Positions 1 to 9,241 of a stretch of DNA of 64,000 bases are shown piece by piece. The position numbers and the translations under genes are program-made. Position 1 is the first letter of the stretch. The number at the start of each line of letters is the position of its first letter. The DNA is taken from assembly GCA_013298165.1 (NCBI GenBank), contig JAAFJU010000011.1:980-64979 (forward strand), written 5' to 3'. Source of the stretch: Synechococcales cyanobacterium bin31.maxbin.ball.101 (GTDB taxonomy: Bacteria > Cyanobacteriota > Cyanobacteriia > Leptolyngbyales > Leptolyngbyaceae). Under the pieces are notes generated by a model. It did no database searches, was not told the DNA's origin, and saw only the letters and a program-made list of their open reading frames with translations.

Positions 1-476
1 ACTTCAATTTGATGGTCTGGAATGTTGACGATCCAGAACTCACTCACTCCTGATTCGGCGTAGATGGGGAGTTTGGTGGTGCGATCGTACTCTAGTGTGG
101 TGTCGGAGACCTCGATTAGGAGATAGATATCTTTTGCTTCGGGATGGCCAGATTCATAGAAGTCATCTTGCCATCGTAGAAGGGCAATATCGGGTTCGGG
201 CTGGGAGTATGTGCCGAGTTCGATCGGGTTTTGTACGGCAACAATATGAGCTTCTGCAATTGTCTTACTTAAGTGTGCGTTGATTCGGCTTACTTTTGCG
301 GCGTGTTTACTTCCGATCGAAGCCATGTGAACGATTTCTCCATTTAGTAATTCGTAGGGCGATCCTTCTTGAAGAATTCCGGTTTCGACCATGGCTCGGA
401 ATTCAGCGACAGTGAAACGTTTCCGTTCAAGTTGGAATGACTCTTGAGGACTGCTGCGATCGAGTTGGAGAACCAT
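1..476 (-). CDS. Uma2-family (DUF820) PD-(D/E)xK endonuclease, partial (C-terminus lies outside the window)
   Basis: My own translation of the minus strand from the ATG at 474-476: MVLQLDRSSPQESFQLERKRFTVAEFRAMVETGILQEGSPYELLNGEIVHMASIGSKHAAKVSRINAHL...PEPDIALL...IYLLIEVSDTTLEYDRTTKLPIYAESGVSEFWIVN. This is the typical Uma2 layout. The ORF is absent from the track because it runs off the window edge. Confidence 0.75.
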   Translation of the reverse strand, partial: MVLQLDRSSPQESFQLERKRFTVAEFRAMVETGILQEGSPYELLNGEIVHMASIGSKHAAKVSRINAHLSKTIAEAHIVAVQNPIELGTYSQPEPDIALLRWQDDFYESGHPEAKDIYLLIEVSDTTLEYDRTTKLPIYAESGVSEFWIVNIPDHQIE

Positions 477-542
477 GATTACACCCTTCTACGACGATGG
501 CTTGGTTTGAGTTTAACGATTTTTTGTGAGTTGCGAAGACTC

Positions 543-644
543 GATCCCCCTAGCCCCCTTGAAAAGGGGGGACATGAGATGGATTTAGACATTAACCCTA
601 AATTGACTCAAAGTCCCCCTTACCAAGGGGGATTTAGGGGGATC
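543..644. repeat. MITE-like palindromic element with GATCCCCCTA..CCCCCTT / AAGGGGG..TAGGGGGATC termini
   Basis: Terminal inverted repeats enclose two internal CCCCCTT-N4-AAGGGGG hairpins. The reverse complement aligns with the element at 38150-38266. It lies just downstream of the thrS stop codon. Confidence 0.6.
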
Positions 645-653
645 GGGCTTACG

Positions 654-2465
654 CTAAAAGTTACCGTTCGTGTTGTTGGCATTGACTAACCGATCGATCA
701 CCGTTGCAATCTCCAATGAACCCAGTTCGCCTTCGGCCCGAGTCCGAATGCTGAGGGAGTTGGATTCAATTTCCTTGGCACCGACGACCGCCATGACGGG
801 GATCTTGTCTTTCTCGGCGTTACGGATGAGCTTGCCGAGCCGATCGCCGCCCAAGTCCACTTCAGCCCGAATACCCAACAGTTGCATTTTCGCAGCAGTG
901 TCCTTGGCAAATTGCACAAAGTCATCGCCAACCGGGAGCAATCGGATTTGGACAGGTGCAAGCCAGGTGGGGAAGTCGCCTGCGTACTCTTCGATCAGGA
1001 TGCCGATCAACCGCTCAAGAGACCCAAACGGCGCACGATGCAGCATCACAGGGCGCTTGCGGGTTCCGTCTTCGGCGACGTATTCCAGGTCGAACCGATC
1101 GGGTAGTTGATAATCCACCTGCACGGTCCCCAATTGCCATTCGCGTTCTAGCGCATCCTGGAAAATGAAGTCGAGTTTTGGACCGTAAAACGCCGCTTCA
1201 CCAATACCTTCAAAGTTCGGCATTTCCAATTTCGTTACACCATTCCGAATGGCATTCTGCGCTTTTTCCCAAGCCTCATCCGAGCCGAGGTATTTGCTGG
1301 GATTAGCGGGATCACGGAAGCTGAGACGGGCGCGGAAGTTGCTCAGTTGTAGACTTTTGAACACGCTCAAGGTGAGTTCGACAACGTTGAAAAACTCTTC
1401 GTCGAGCTGTTCTGGTGTAATAAAGAGGTGGGAGTCATCCACGGTAAAGCCTCGAACCCGAGTCAAGCCACCGAGTTCGCCGGATTGCTCATAGCGATAA
1501 ACGGTCCCAAACTCGGCGAGGCGCATGGGGAGTTCCCGATACGATCGCAAATCACTCTTATAGATCTGAATATGAAACGGACAGTTCATCGGCTTCATCA
1601 CAAAACCAATCTCTTTTTCCTTTTCTTCTTGACTCTCCGCCATCATCGGGAACATGTCTTCAGAATATTTCTGCCAATGTCCTGACTGTTTAAACAAATC
1701 CACCCGAGCGATGTGCGGCGTGACGACGGGAAGATACCCGCGCTTGGTTTGTTCTTTTTTCAAATAGTCTTCCAGGATCGATCGCAGTAGCGTTCCCTTC
1801 GGTGTCCACAAGGGCAATCCAGGACCGACGAGATCCGAGAAAATAAACAATCCCATTTCCTTACCAATCTTGCGATGGTCTCGGCGAAGGGCTTCTTCTT
1901 TACGACGCTTGTACTCATCCAACTGTTCGGAGGTTTGCCATGCGGTGCCGTAGATGCGCTGAAGCTGAGCTTTGGTTTCGTCGCCGCGCCAGTAAGCTCC
2001 GGCAACCGATTCAAGTTCGATCGCCTTAGGATCCAAATCCCCCGTATTCTCAACGTGTGGTCCTGCGCAGAGATCCCACCACTGATCGCCGAGATGATAC
2101 AGCGTGATCGGTTCAACCAATCCTTCCAGGATTTCCAGCTTGTAGGGTTCGTTTTGAGCGGAAATCCGGGCTTTGGCGTCTTCGCGGGTGACTTCTTCAC
2201 GAGTGACGGGAAGCTTGCGGTTGATGATCTTAATCATCTCTTTTTTGATCGTCTTTAGGTCTTTATCGCTAAAGGCGTCAGGGGTATCAAAGTCGTAATA
2301 AAACCCATTTTCGATCCAAGGGCCGATCGTGACTTGAGCCTTGGGGAAGAGCTTTTGCACGGCCATGGCCATGACGTGCGAAGTGGTGTGGCGAATCTTT
2401 TTAAGATCTTCGGATTCGCTGGTTTTGGGCAAATGAATCTTTTCAGACGAGACTTGTTCAGACAT
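654..2465 (-). CDS. thrS: Threonine--tRNA ligase
   Basis: The 616-aa ORF shows an editing-domain HxxxH-type start (RHTTSHVMAMAV), the class II core (FRDP, GTVYRYEQSGEL.GLTRVRGFT.DD.H) and an anticodon-binding C-terminus. The likely start is the ATG at 2463-2465 (MSEQV...), preceded by GGAGAA. Confidence 0.95.
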   Translation of the reverse strand: MSEQVSSEKIHLPKTSESEDLKKIRHTTSHVMAMAVQKLFPKAQVTIGPWIENGFYYDFDTPDAFSDKDLKTIKKEMIKIINRKLPVTREEVTREDAKARISAQNEPYKLEILEGLVEPITLYHLGDQWWDLCAGPHVENTGDLDPKAIELESVAGAYWRGDETKAQLQRIYGTAWQTSEQLDEYKRRKEEALRRDHRKIGKEMGLFIFSDLVGPGLPLWTPKGTLLRSILEDYLKKEQTKRGYLPVVTPHIARVDLFKQSGHWQKYSEDMFPMMAESQEEKEKEIGFVMKPMNCPFHIQIYKSDLRSYRELPMRLAEFGTVYRYEQSGELGGLTRVRGFTVDDSHLFITPEQLDEEFFNVVELTLSVFKSLQLSNFRARLSFRDPANPSKYLGSDEAWEKAQNAIRNGVTKLEMPNFEGIGEAAFYGPKLDFIFQDALEREWQLGTVQVDYQLPDRFDLEYVAEDGTRKRPVMLHRAPFGSLERLIGILIEEYAGDFPTWLAPVQIRLLPVGDDFVQFAKDTAAKMQLLGIRAEVDLGGDRLGKLIRNAEKDKIPVMAVVGAKEIESNSLSIRTRAEGELGSLEIATVIDRLVNANNTNGNF

Positions 2466-2646
2466 GATGTTCTCCAGAAAAGCGATCGGCGATACGATTG
2501 CCAATGCTTAGTGATTAGGCTTTCCAGTTTAGCGCGGGATGCCTAATTTTGTTCGCTTTTCTATCCCTTTGTCTGAATTATTGCTGTAGACTGAAAACAG
2601 ATCACGAAATCAAGGTTGGTTACTGATTCGATCGAGGTTTTATTCT

Positions 2647-3363
2647 ATGACCACATTGCTTCCTATTCGTTCACCCATTAGTAAACCGATTCGTGATCTG
2701 TCCTTGGAACCGGGGAGTCGGATGACGATCGTAGCGGTGACATGGGACGAGTTTGAAGGAATTTTGGAAGAGATGGGCGATCACCGAATCGCACGCATTG
2801 CCTACAGTTTGAATACGTTGGAGATTACGGTGCCGCGTCCTGATCATGAACTGCCGACGGATTTGATCGGTGATATGGTGAAAACAATTTTGCGCATCTT
2901 GCGAGTTCGGTATCAGCCTTTTGGTTCGACGACGTTTAAGAAGCAGGGGATTGCGGGGATTGAGCCGGATGCTTGCTTTTATATTCAAAACTATGAACAG
3001 ATGATCGGTAAGCGGCAGCTTCAGGCGGGGGATCCTCCACCCGATTTGGCGATTGAGCTACGCTCCGCTAACGCGATCGAAACCGATGTAACTTCGCTGA
3101 CGGCGAGGGTCTACGACCGACCAGAGGTCAACGAAGCCTATAAAGCGATCGCGGTGCCGGAAGTGTGGATTTATGCCAATGGTGGATTGAAGATCTATTT
3201 GTTGCGATCGGGCGAGTATGTTCAGTCCCAGACCAGTGAGATTTTTCCGGAATTGCCGATCGTAGAATGGGTAGAGCAGGCGATCGATCGGGCTTGGACC
3301 GTTGGGAGTTTGGCGGCGTTAGAAGAAGTAGAAGATTGTTTGCGGGACCAAGTGTCACGATGA
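2647..3363 (+). CDS. Uma2-family (DUF820) endonuclease
   Basis: 238 aa. Motifs seen: VTWDEFEGILEE, RIAYSLNTLEITVP, PDLAIE...TDVTS and AVPEVWIY. Confidence 0.8.
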   Translation: MTTLLPIRSPISKPIRDLSLEPGSRMTIVAVTWDEFEGILEEMGDHRIARIAYSLNTLEITVPRPDHELPTDLIGDMVKTILRILRVRYQPFGSTTFKKQGIAGIEPDACFYIQNYEQMIGKRQLQAGDPPPDLAIELRSANAIETDVTSLTARVYDRPEVNEAYKAIAVPEVWIYANGGLKIYLLRSGEYVQSQTSEIFPELPIVEWVEQAIDRAWTVGSLAALEEVEDCLRDQVSR

Positions 3364-3398
3364 ATTCGCGTTTTGACGGTGGATTCAAACATTTCGAC

Positions 3399-4163
3399 TC
3401 ATTTCACCACAACTCGGTAGAAGGTCGTTTTCCCTGGATTATGGTCAAAGGCTCCATCAAAGTTCGCATCCGATAACCAATCAAATTTTCGGGTTTCGGG
3501 TGAATTAGAAAGCACGAGACCACACCGATCGCTCATACAAATTCCAATATGCCACAGACCATTTTCATAGTCAGTGCCATTGGCGATCGCAATATCCCCG
3601 CGTCTAGTCTGCGATTGCTCTAGTCGTTTCCCTTGTCCATTATCAAAGTCTTCCACCATGGACGGCACGTAGAGCGTATTGGTCCCGATCGTTCGATTCA
3701 ATGCCTTTTGAAATACCTTGTTCACCATAGCCGCGCAGGCCAACAGTCCACTGCTGGTATTGGGTTCGTACCGACTAATCCGACCGAGCAGGTCTGGAGC
3801 GATCGAGGCTTTGAAAATCTTCTCGGAAATCGCAAACTCTTGGGGGACAGCCTGCTCTAAGGTTTGCTGAGGCTGCTGCGCTTGAATGGTCTTCAGTAAC
3901 TGCTGGTACTCTGATTCTGGCATCGTCAAGGTTGTGGTGCTGGCTTTGTAGTTGTCGTACGTTGCCCTAGCCAACTTGAATGCAGGTTTGAAGCCGATCG
4001 CCATCACGCCCAAAACACCCACAGTCACTAAAAAATTACGGCTTACCTTAAAACGCGGTTGAGTGGTCATAGGGATTGATGGTTGGATGGATGGAGCCGA
4101 TCGTAGCTTAAATGTAGGATTTTGTGGGTGGGTGAGTGGAGGTTGGGTAGGCGATCGAGGCAA
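3399..4163 (-). CDS. Membrane-anchored protein with an NlpC/P60-like (papain-fold) Cys...His arrangement
   Basis: An N-terminal TM segment (FLVTVGVLGVMAIGF) is followed by SSGLLACAAMVNKVF and then RRGDIAIANGTDYENGLWHIGICMSD. This is the order of the Cys and His motifs in NlpC/P60 enzymes. The start may be the internal Met (MTTQPRF). The family call is tentative. Confidence 0.45.
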   Translation of the reverse strand: MPRSPTQPPLTHPQNPTFKLRSAPSIQPSIPMTTQPRFKVSRNFLVTVGVLGVMAIGFKPAFKLARATYDNYKASTTTLTMPESEYQQLLKTIQAQQPQQTLEQAVPQEFAISEKIFKASIAPDLLGRISRYEPNTSSGLLACAAMVNKVFQKALNRTIGTNTLYVPSMVEDFDNGQGKRLEQSQTRRGDIAIANGTDYENGLWHIGICMSDRCGLVLSNSPETRKFDWLSDANFDGAFDHNPGKTTFYRVVVK

Positions 4164-4209
4164 CTATTAGATAGAATAGAGGACCATACAGTTCAAACCA
4201 TGCTATCTG

Positions 4210-4482
4210 ATGGTTCAATGGGATCCCCAAAAAGCTCAAACTAATGTTGATAAACATGATGTTTCCTTTACGGAAGGAGCAAGTGTCTTTGATGATCCTT
4301 ACTCAATTACGATCGACGATCGCGAACATTCCATCGCTGAATCTCGATTTTTGACGATCGGTTATTCTGCACGAAACCGCATACTCGTTGTGATTCATAC
4401 CGATCGTGACGATGATATTCGGATTATTAGCGCTCGAAAAGCTACCCCAAAGGAGAGAAAGATCTATGAGTCCAACTTCTAA
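4210..4482 (+). CDS. brnT: BrnT-family (DUF497) ribonuclease toxin
   Basis: 90 aa: WDPQKAQTNVDKHDVSFTEGASVFDDP...RFLTIGYSARNRILVVIHTDRDDDIRIISARKATPKERKIYE. This closely matches the BrnT signature as I recall it. Confidence 0.85.
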   Translation: MVQWDPQKAQTNVDKHDVSFTEGASVFDDPYSITIDDREHSIAESRFLTIGYSARNRILVVIHTDRDDDIRIISARKATPKERKIYESNF

Positions 4483-4807
4483 ATCCCAAGCGATGACTGA
4501 TCAAGATGATGAGATGTTGTCAGAGTATGATTTCAGTCATGGTGTTCGTGGAAAGTATTTCGATCGGAACCTTGCGCCACAACTTCCGGGCGTTCAATTT
4601 TTGCGAAATTCAAAAGGACAGAAAACGGCTGTTCTCTTGAATCTTCAAGTCCATCAATCACTTTGGCAGCAGATTCTTAGCAATCACATTGATGAGTCTG
4701 AATTTCAATATTTAACAGACTCTCAAACTCATACACAGTCAGTTTTCATTGATTTCAAAACGAATCTTGTGCTTTGGCAGGAGATTTACGATCGGATTAT
4801 TGCATAG
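4466..4807 (+). CDS. Cognate antitoxin (BrnA-position partner), composite
   Basis: The ATG at 4466 overlaps the brnT 3' end by 17 nt and is preceded by AGGAGAGA. The protein contains the EMLSEYDFSHGVRGKY motif common in small antitoxins. That motif is followed by two copies of a roughly 30-aa unit ending in LWQ(Q/E)I. Confidence 0.6.
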   Translation: MSPTSKSQAMTDQDDEMLSEYDFSHGVRGKYFDRNLAPQLPGVQFLRNSKGQKTAVLLNLQVHQSLWQQILSNHIDESEFQYLTDSQTHTQSVFIDFKTNLVLWQEIYDRIIA

Positions 4808-4846
4808 AGTCACTAGAAAATTATTGAATATACTCACACACCCCTC

Positions 4847-5623
4847 GTGACCGACTACCAGCCACCCTTTGCAATTAACACGAAAATCATTCATCAAATT
4901 AGTACGATCGCAGAACAGATTGGACGCATTGATGGTCAAAATTTGCAGCCCTCTCCACAATTGCGAAAACAAAATCGGATTCGGACCATTCAAAGCACCC
5001 TGGCGATCGAAGGCAATAGTTTATCTCTAGAGCAAGTAACGGCGATCGTCGAAGGCAAACGCATCCTCGGTTCGCAACGGGAAATCGCCGAAGTTCAAGG
5101 TGCCATTCGAGCCTATGAAATGCTTCCCAAATGGAATCCAGGATCGATCGAGCATTTTCAGCAAGCCCACCATCTGCTCATGGGCGATATTCTGACCGAA
5201 GCAGGCAAATTTCGCAAGGGCCAAGTCGGCATCCACAAAGGCGATCACGTGGTTCACGTTGCGCCACCTGCTAAACGAGTTCCGACACTGATGGGAGACC
5301 TCATACAATGGCTCAAAACTTCCAACGATCATTCATTAATCAAAAGCTGTATTTTCCATTATGAATTGGAATTCATTCATCCGTTTATGGATGGCAATGG
5401 ACGCATGGGACGACTTTGGCAAACCTTGATTTTAGGAAAATGGAATTCATTATTTTATCTACTCCCGATCGAAACCCTGATAAAAGATCAACAAAAACAG
5501 TATTACCAAACTCTGGAAGAAGCCGATCGTGCCGCTGACAGTACCGTCTTCATTGAGTTCATGCTCGATATCATCGATCGATCGCTAAGCTTAGAATATC
5601 CCAATACACCCATAACGAATTGA
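4847..5623 (+). CDS. Fic-family protein (AMPylase-type) with an N-terminal inhibitory helix motif
   Basis: The Fic active-site motif is HPFMDGNGRMGRLW. An upstream TLAIEG matches the (S/T)xxxE(G/N) auto-inhibition motif. Confidence 0.9.
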   Translation: MTDYQPPFAINTKIIHQISTIAEQIGRIDGQNLQPSPQLRKQNRIRTIQSTLAIEGNSLSLEQVTAIVEGKRILGSQREIAEVQGAIRAYEMLPKWNPGSIEHFQQAHHLLMGDILTEAGKFRKGQVGIHKGDHVVHVAPPAKRVPTLMGDLIQWLKTSNDHSLIKSCIFHYELEFIHPFMDGNGRMGRLWQTLILGKWNSLFYLLPIETLIKDQQKQYYQTLEEADRAADSTVFIEFMLDIIDRSLSLEYPNTPITN

Positions 5624-5664
5624 TTTGGTATTACAATAAAGCTTAATCTCCAGCAGTTGATCTC

Positions 5665-6264
5665 ATGGCTTACAGCAGCTTTACCGTGACCCAAATCAAA
5701 GAAGAGTTTGGGATCGTCATTCGAGAAGGCGATCGGTTTTTGCCGACCGATTTACCCAAGATTTCGGTCAGTCAAAGGCTCTTAGGAATTTTGGAAGACT
5801 TACCTTGGGCGATCGCTGTCGGCACCGAAAAAGCTCGATCGGAAGTGATTATTAATCCCATTTTATTAGAAGTCCGTCGAGTGCTTCAGCAAAAAATCAG
5901 CGTGTTTTCCGGGGAAGAATTTAATGTAGAACCCGAACTCGGACTGAATGGCGTTTGTGATTTTGTGATTAGCCAATCGTCGGAGCAGCTTGTACTTGAA
6001 GCACCTGCGATCGTTCTCGTTGAGGCAAAAAAAGCGGATCTAAAACTGGGCCTCGGGCAATGTATGGCCGAAATGATCGCGGCACAGCGGTTTAATGCCA
6101 GTAAAGGCCGATCGATTCCGAGCGTCTTTGGCGTGATTACCAGCGGAACTCAGTGGAGATTTATGCAATTAGAAGGTAAGGAAATTACATTAGATTTACA
6201 GGATTATTCCCTACAGCCGATCGACGAATTGCTTGCAATATTGATCTGGATGGCGACACGATAA
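5665..6264 (+). CDS. PD-(D/E)xK-like nuclease-fold protein, unnamed family
   Basis: CDFVIS ... VLVEAKK gives a D...ExK arrangement. It has the same architecture as the ORF at 52196-52822 (VIDILVL ... LLVESKR, both with a ...LEGK... tail). Confidence 0.5.
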   Translation: MAYSSFTVTQIKEEFGIVIREGDRFLPTDLPKISVSQRLLGILEDLPWAIAVGTEKARSEVIINPILLEVRRVLQQKISVFSGEEFNVEPELGLNGVCDFVISQSSEQLVLEAPAIVLVEAKKADLKLGLGQCMAEMIAAQRFNASKGRSIPSVFGVITSGTQWRFMQLEGKEITLDLQDYSLQPIDELLAILIWMATR

Positions 6265-6315
6265 GATCCGATCGTTAGCGCTACAATAATTTCAACACCC
6301 TTCGGTAAACCTCCC

Positions 6316-6879
6316 ATGGTCACAACCACCCATAAATGGACCACCCGCGACCTCGACGTCATGCCCGACGACGACGGCTGGAAACGCCTTGAAATCATTG
6401 ATGGAGAACTCTACGTGACACGCGCACCCCACATCAACCACCAAGGCGCAGGCGGAAACATTCACTTTGAATTGGAAGCTTGGTCTCGCAGAACCAAGTT
6501 GGGTAAGCCTTTCCAAACCCCTGGCGTCATTTTCACCCCCACGGATGCGGTGATTCCTGATGTTGTATGGGTTAGTCAAGCTCGGTTAAATAATTGCATT
6601 GATGATGCGGGACATTTTACCGCTGCTCCTGAACTGGTTGTTGAAATCCTTTCTCCTGGCGATCGGAATCACCAACGCGACCAAGAATTCAAACTCAAGC
6701 TTTACTCTCGCCATGCTGTTCAAGAGTATTGGATCGTCAACTGGCAACTCAAAACGATCGCGGTCTATCGCCACCAGGACGGGATGCTTCAACTAGTGGG
6801 TACATTGATAGAGTCAGACAGTCTGACATCGCCGTTGTTGCCTGGATTTAATGCGGCGATCGGTCCTCTGTTTCAGTAG
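6316..6879 (+). CDS. Uma2-family (DUF820) endonuclease
   Basis: 187 aa. Motifs seen: LEIIDGELYV, PDVVWV, PELVVEILSPGD, KLKLYSRHAVQEYWIVN. Confidence 0.85.
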   Translation: MVTTTHKWTTRDLDVMPDDDGWKRLEIIDGELYVTRAPHINHQGAGGNIHFELEAWSRRTKLGKPFQTPGVIFTPTDAVIPDVVWVSQARLNNCIDDAGHFTAAPELVVEILSPGDRNHQRDQEFKLKLYSRHAVQEYWIVNWQLKTIAVYRHQDGMLQLVGTLIESDSLTSPLLPGFNAAIGPLFQ

Positions 6880-6919
6880 TTGATTGTAAAATACAGAAAT
6901 TATCATTCTAGAGTTTTTT

Positions 6920-7300
6920 ATGGACATGCTTTTAGAAGAAAGAAATCAAGTTACGATCGTCCGCACAGACCGGGGATTAACGATCGGAGGTACCCGCCTA
7001 ACGCTCTATGATGTGATGGATCATTTGGTTGCGGGATGGACACCTAAGCTCATTTTGAATTGGTTGCCCTTAACCGAAGAGCAGCTTGATGCAGCACTAT
7101 CCTATATTGAAACCAACCGCGCAGAAGTAGAAGCAGAGTATCAGACGGTTTTGAAAGAAACCCAAGAGAGAAAGAATTACTGGGACGATCGAAATCGCGA
7201 TCGTTTAGCAGAAATCGCTCAAATCCCTCCAAAAGCAGGCCAGGAAGCCATTCATGCCAAGCTCCAAGCCTGGAAGACTAAACTTGGATTAATCCCATGA
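6920..7300 (+). CDS. DUF433-like antitoxin-type protein
   Basis: GLTIGGTRLTLYDVMDHLVAGWTPKLILNWLPLTEEQLDAALSYI matches the DUF433 pattern. It overlaps the next gene by 4 nt (ATGA). Confidence 0.7.
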   Translation: MDMLLEERNQVTIVRTDRGLTIGGTRLTLYDVMDHLVAGWTPKLILNWLPLTEEQLDAALSYIETNRAEVEAEYQTVLKETQERKNYWDDRNRDRLAEIAQIPPKAGQEAIHAKLQAWKTKLGLIP

Positions 7301-7689
7301 TTGTTTTGGTTGACTACAATTTGACGGGCTACATTGTCTTGTTGCAAGGGACTTTGGCTTCAGAAGGTTGGTTAGAGCTATTATCAATTCAGTTTATGAC
7401 GTTGCAGGAAGTCGGATTGGCTGCGGATACGAACGATCGGATTATTTGGCAGTTTGTTCAGTCCAATCAAATGCTGTTACTGACGGCGAATCGGAATGCG
7501 AAAGGGGAAGATTCGTTAGAACAAACCATGCGGGAAGAAGGAACTGAAAAGTCGTTACCTGTTTTAACGATCGGAAGCCTCGATCGTATGATGGAGCGAT
7601 CGTACCGTGAGCAGTGCAGCGCTCGTATTGCCGATATTATTTTGTATGTCGAGAACTATTTAGGTGTAAGCCGTATTTACATTCCATAG
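7297..7689 (+). CDS. PIN-like / DUF5615-like partner of the DUF433 protein
   Basis: It is translationally coupled to the DUF433 gene. MIVLVDYNL... and ...LLLTANRN resemble the DUF5615 toxin-like family. The assignment is from memory. Confidence 0.5.
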   Translation: MIVLVDYNLTGYIVLLQGTLASEGWLELLSIQFMTLQEVGLAADTNDRIIWQFVQSNQMLLLTANRNAKGEDSLEQTMREEGTEKSLPVLTIGSLDRMMERSYREQCSARIADIILYVENYLGVSRIYIP

Positions 7690-7744
7690 TTGGAACCCAG
7701 ATTCGGTGTAAAATGTAAAGCTGTTGTTTTTCTCAAGCACTCCC

Positions 7745-9103
7745 ATGGCCCGTAGCTACCACATCACCACCTTCGGCTGCCAAATGAATAAGGCCGACTC
7801 CGAGCGCATGGCCGGAATCCTGGAGACCATGGGCTTTGAGAACGAAGACAACGCCGAAGTCGCAGACCTGATCCTCTACAACACTTGCACCATTCGCGAC
7901 AATGCCGAACAAAAAGTCTACTCCTACCTCGGCAAACAAGCCATTCGGAAAAAAACAAACCCCAACCTCACCCTCATCGTCGCCGGATGCGTCGCCCAAC
8001 AGGAAGGCGAAGCCCTACTGCGCCGCGTCCCAGAACTCGATCTCGTCATGGGACCGCAATACGCCAACCAGCTCGAAGACCTCCTAGAACAAGTCTTCAA
8101 CGGTGCCCAAGTCGTCGCCACAGAACCCGTCCACATCATGGAAGACATTACCAAACCTCGCCGTGACAGCGCCGTCACCGCTTGGGTCAATGTCATCTAT
8201 GGCTGTAACGAGCGCTGTACCTACTGCGTCGTCCCTGGCGTCCGAGGACTAGAACAATCGCGCACCCCAGAGGCCATCAAAGCCGAAATGGAAGATTTGG
8301 CAAAACAGGGCTACAAAGAAATCACGCTCCTCGGTCAAAACATCGATGCCTATGGCCGCGACCTCCCTGGCAGCAAACCCGACGGACAACATTTGCATAC
8401 GCTGACGGATTTGCTCTATTTTGTCCATGACATTGAGGGCATCGATCGTATCCGGTTCGCCACCAGCCATCCCCGCTACTTCACCGAGCGCCTGATTAAA
8501 GCCTGTGCTGAACTCCCCAAAGTCTGCGAACATTTCCACATTCCCTTCCAATCTGGCGACAATGATCTGCTCAAAGCCATGTCACGGGGCTACACCCAAG
8601 AGAAATACCGCCGCATTATCGACACTGTTCGACAATATATGCCCGATGCCGCCATTAGCGCCGATGCGATCGTCGGCTTCCCCGGTGAAACCGAAGAGCA
8701 ATTCCAAAAAACCATGACCTTAATTGAAGATTTGGGGTTTGATATGGTGAATACAGCGGCCTACTCCCCTCGCCCTGGAACGCCTGCTGCGCTTTGGGAT
8801 AATCAATTGAGTGAAGAGGTGAAAGTCGATCGGCTGCAACGAATTAATCGATTGGTCTCTCAGACGGCGCAATTGCGGAGCGATCGGTATGCAGGCCGCA
8901 TCGAAGAAGTTCTCGTCGAAGAACAAAACCCCAAAAATCCCACCCAAGTCATGGGCCGCACCCGCGCCAACCGATTGACCTTTTTCCAAGGCGACATTAC
9001 CCAATTAAAAGGCAAAACCATTCCCGTCAAAATTACTGAAGTCCGCGCATTCAGTTTGACTGGAGAACAAGTGGTAGAGCAACGGGTAGCGGCGATCGTT
9101 TAA
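7745..9103 (+). CDS. miaB: tRNA-2-methylthio-N6-dimethylallyladenosine synthase
   Basis: [20 protein letters not shown] is the UPF0004 domain, [11 protein letters not shown] is the radical-SAM CxxxCxxC motif, and a TRAM domain sits at the C-terminus. The start is taken at MARSYH. Confidence 0.93.
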   Translation: MARSYHITTFGCQMNKADSERMAGILETMGFENEDNAEVADLILYNTCTIRDNAEQKVYSYLGKQAIRKKTNPNLTLIVAGCVAQQEGEALLRRVPELDLVMGPQYANQLEDLLEQVFNGAQVVATEPVHIMEDITKPRRDSAVTAWVNVIYGCNERCTYCVVPGVRGLEQSRTPEAIKAEMEDLAKQGYKEITLLGQNIDAYGRDLPGSKPDGQHLHTLTDLLYFVHDIEGIDRIRFATSHPRYFTERLIKACAELPKVCEHFHIPFQSGDNDLLKAMSRGYTQEKYRRIIDTVRQYMPDAAISADAIVGFPGETEEQFQKTMTLIEDLGFDMVNTAAYSPRPGTPAALWDNQLSEEVKVDRLQRINRLVSQTAQLRSDRYAGRIEEVLVEEQNPKNPTQVMGRTRANRLTFFQGDITQLKGKTIPVKITEVRAFSLTGEQVVEQRVAAIV

Positions 9104-9241
9104 CTCGGCCCTCACCCCAGCCCTCTCCCAAACTTGGGAGAGGGAGCCGGATATTGATTCATTCTTTGGGTCGGCTCCCCCAGAATTGGGGGCTGGGGGG
9201 CGGTTCGCCAGAATTCACAAATCAAACCAGGATTCTCTCAA

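Noticed and set aside
3058-3081. A possible 8-codon in-frame insertion (LRSANAIE, repeating the preceding AIE) right after the conserved PDLAIE motif of the Uma2 protein at 2647-3363. If real, it might inactivate the protein.
   Set aside because: I cannot establish the family consensus spacing without an alignment. It may be normal variation in this subfamily.
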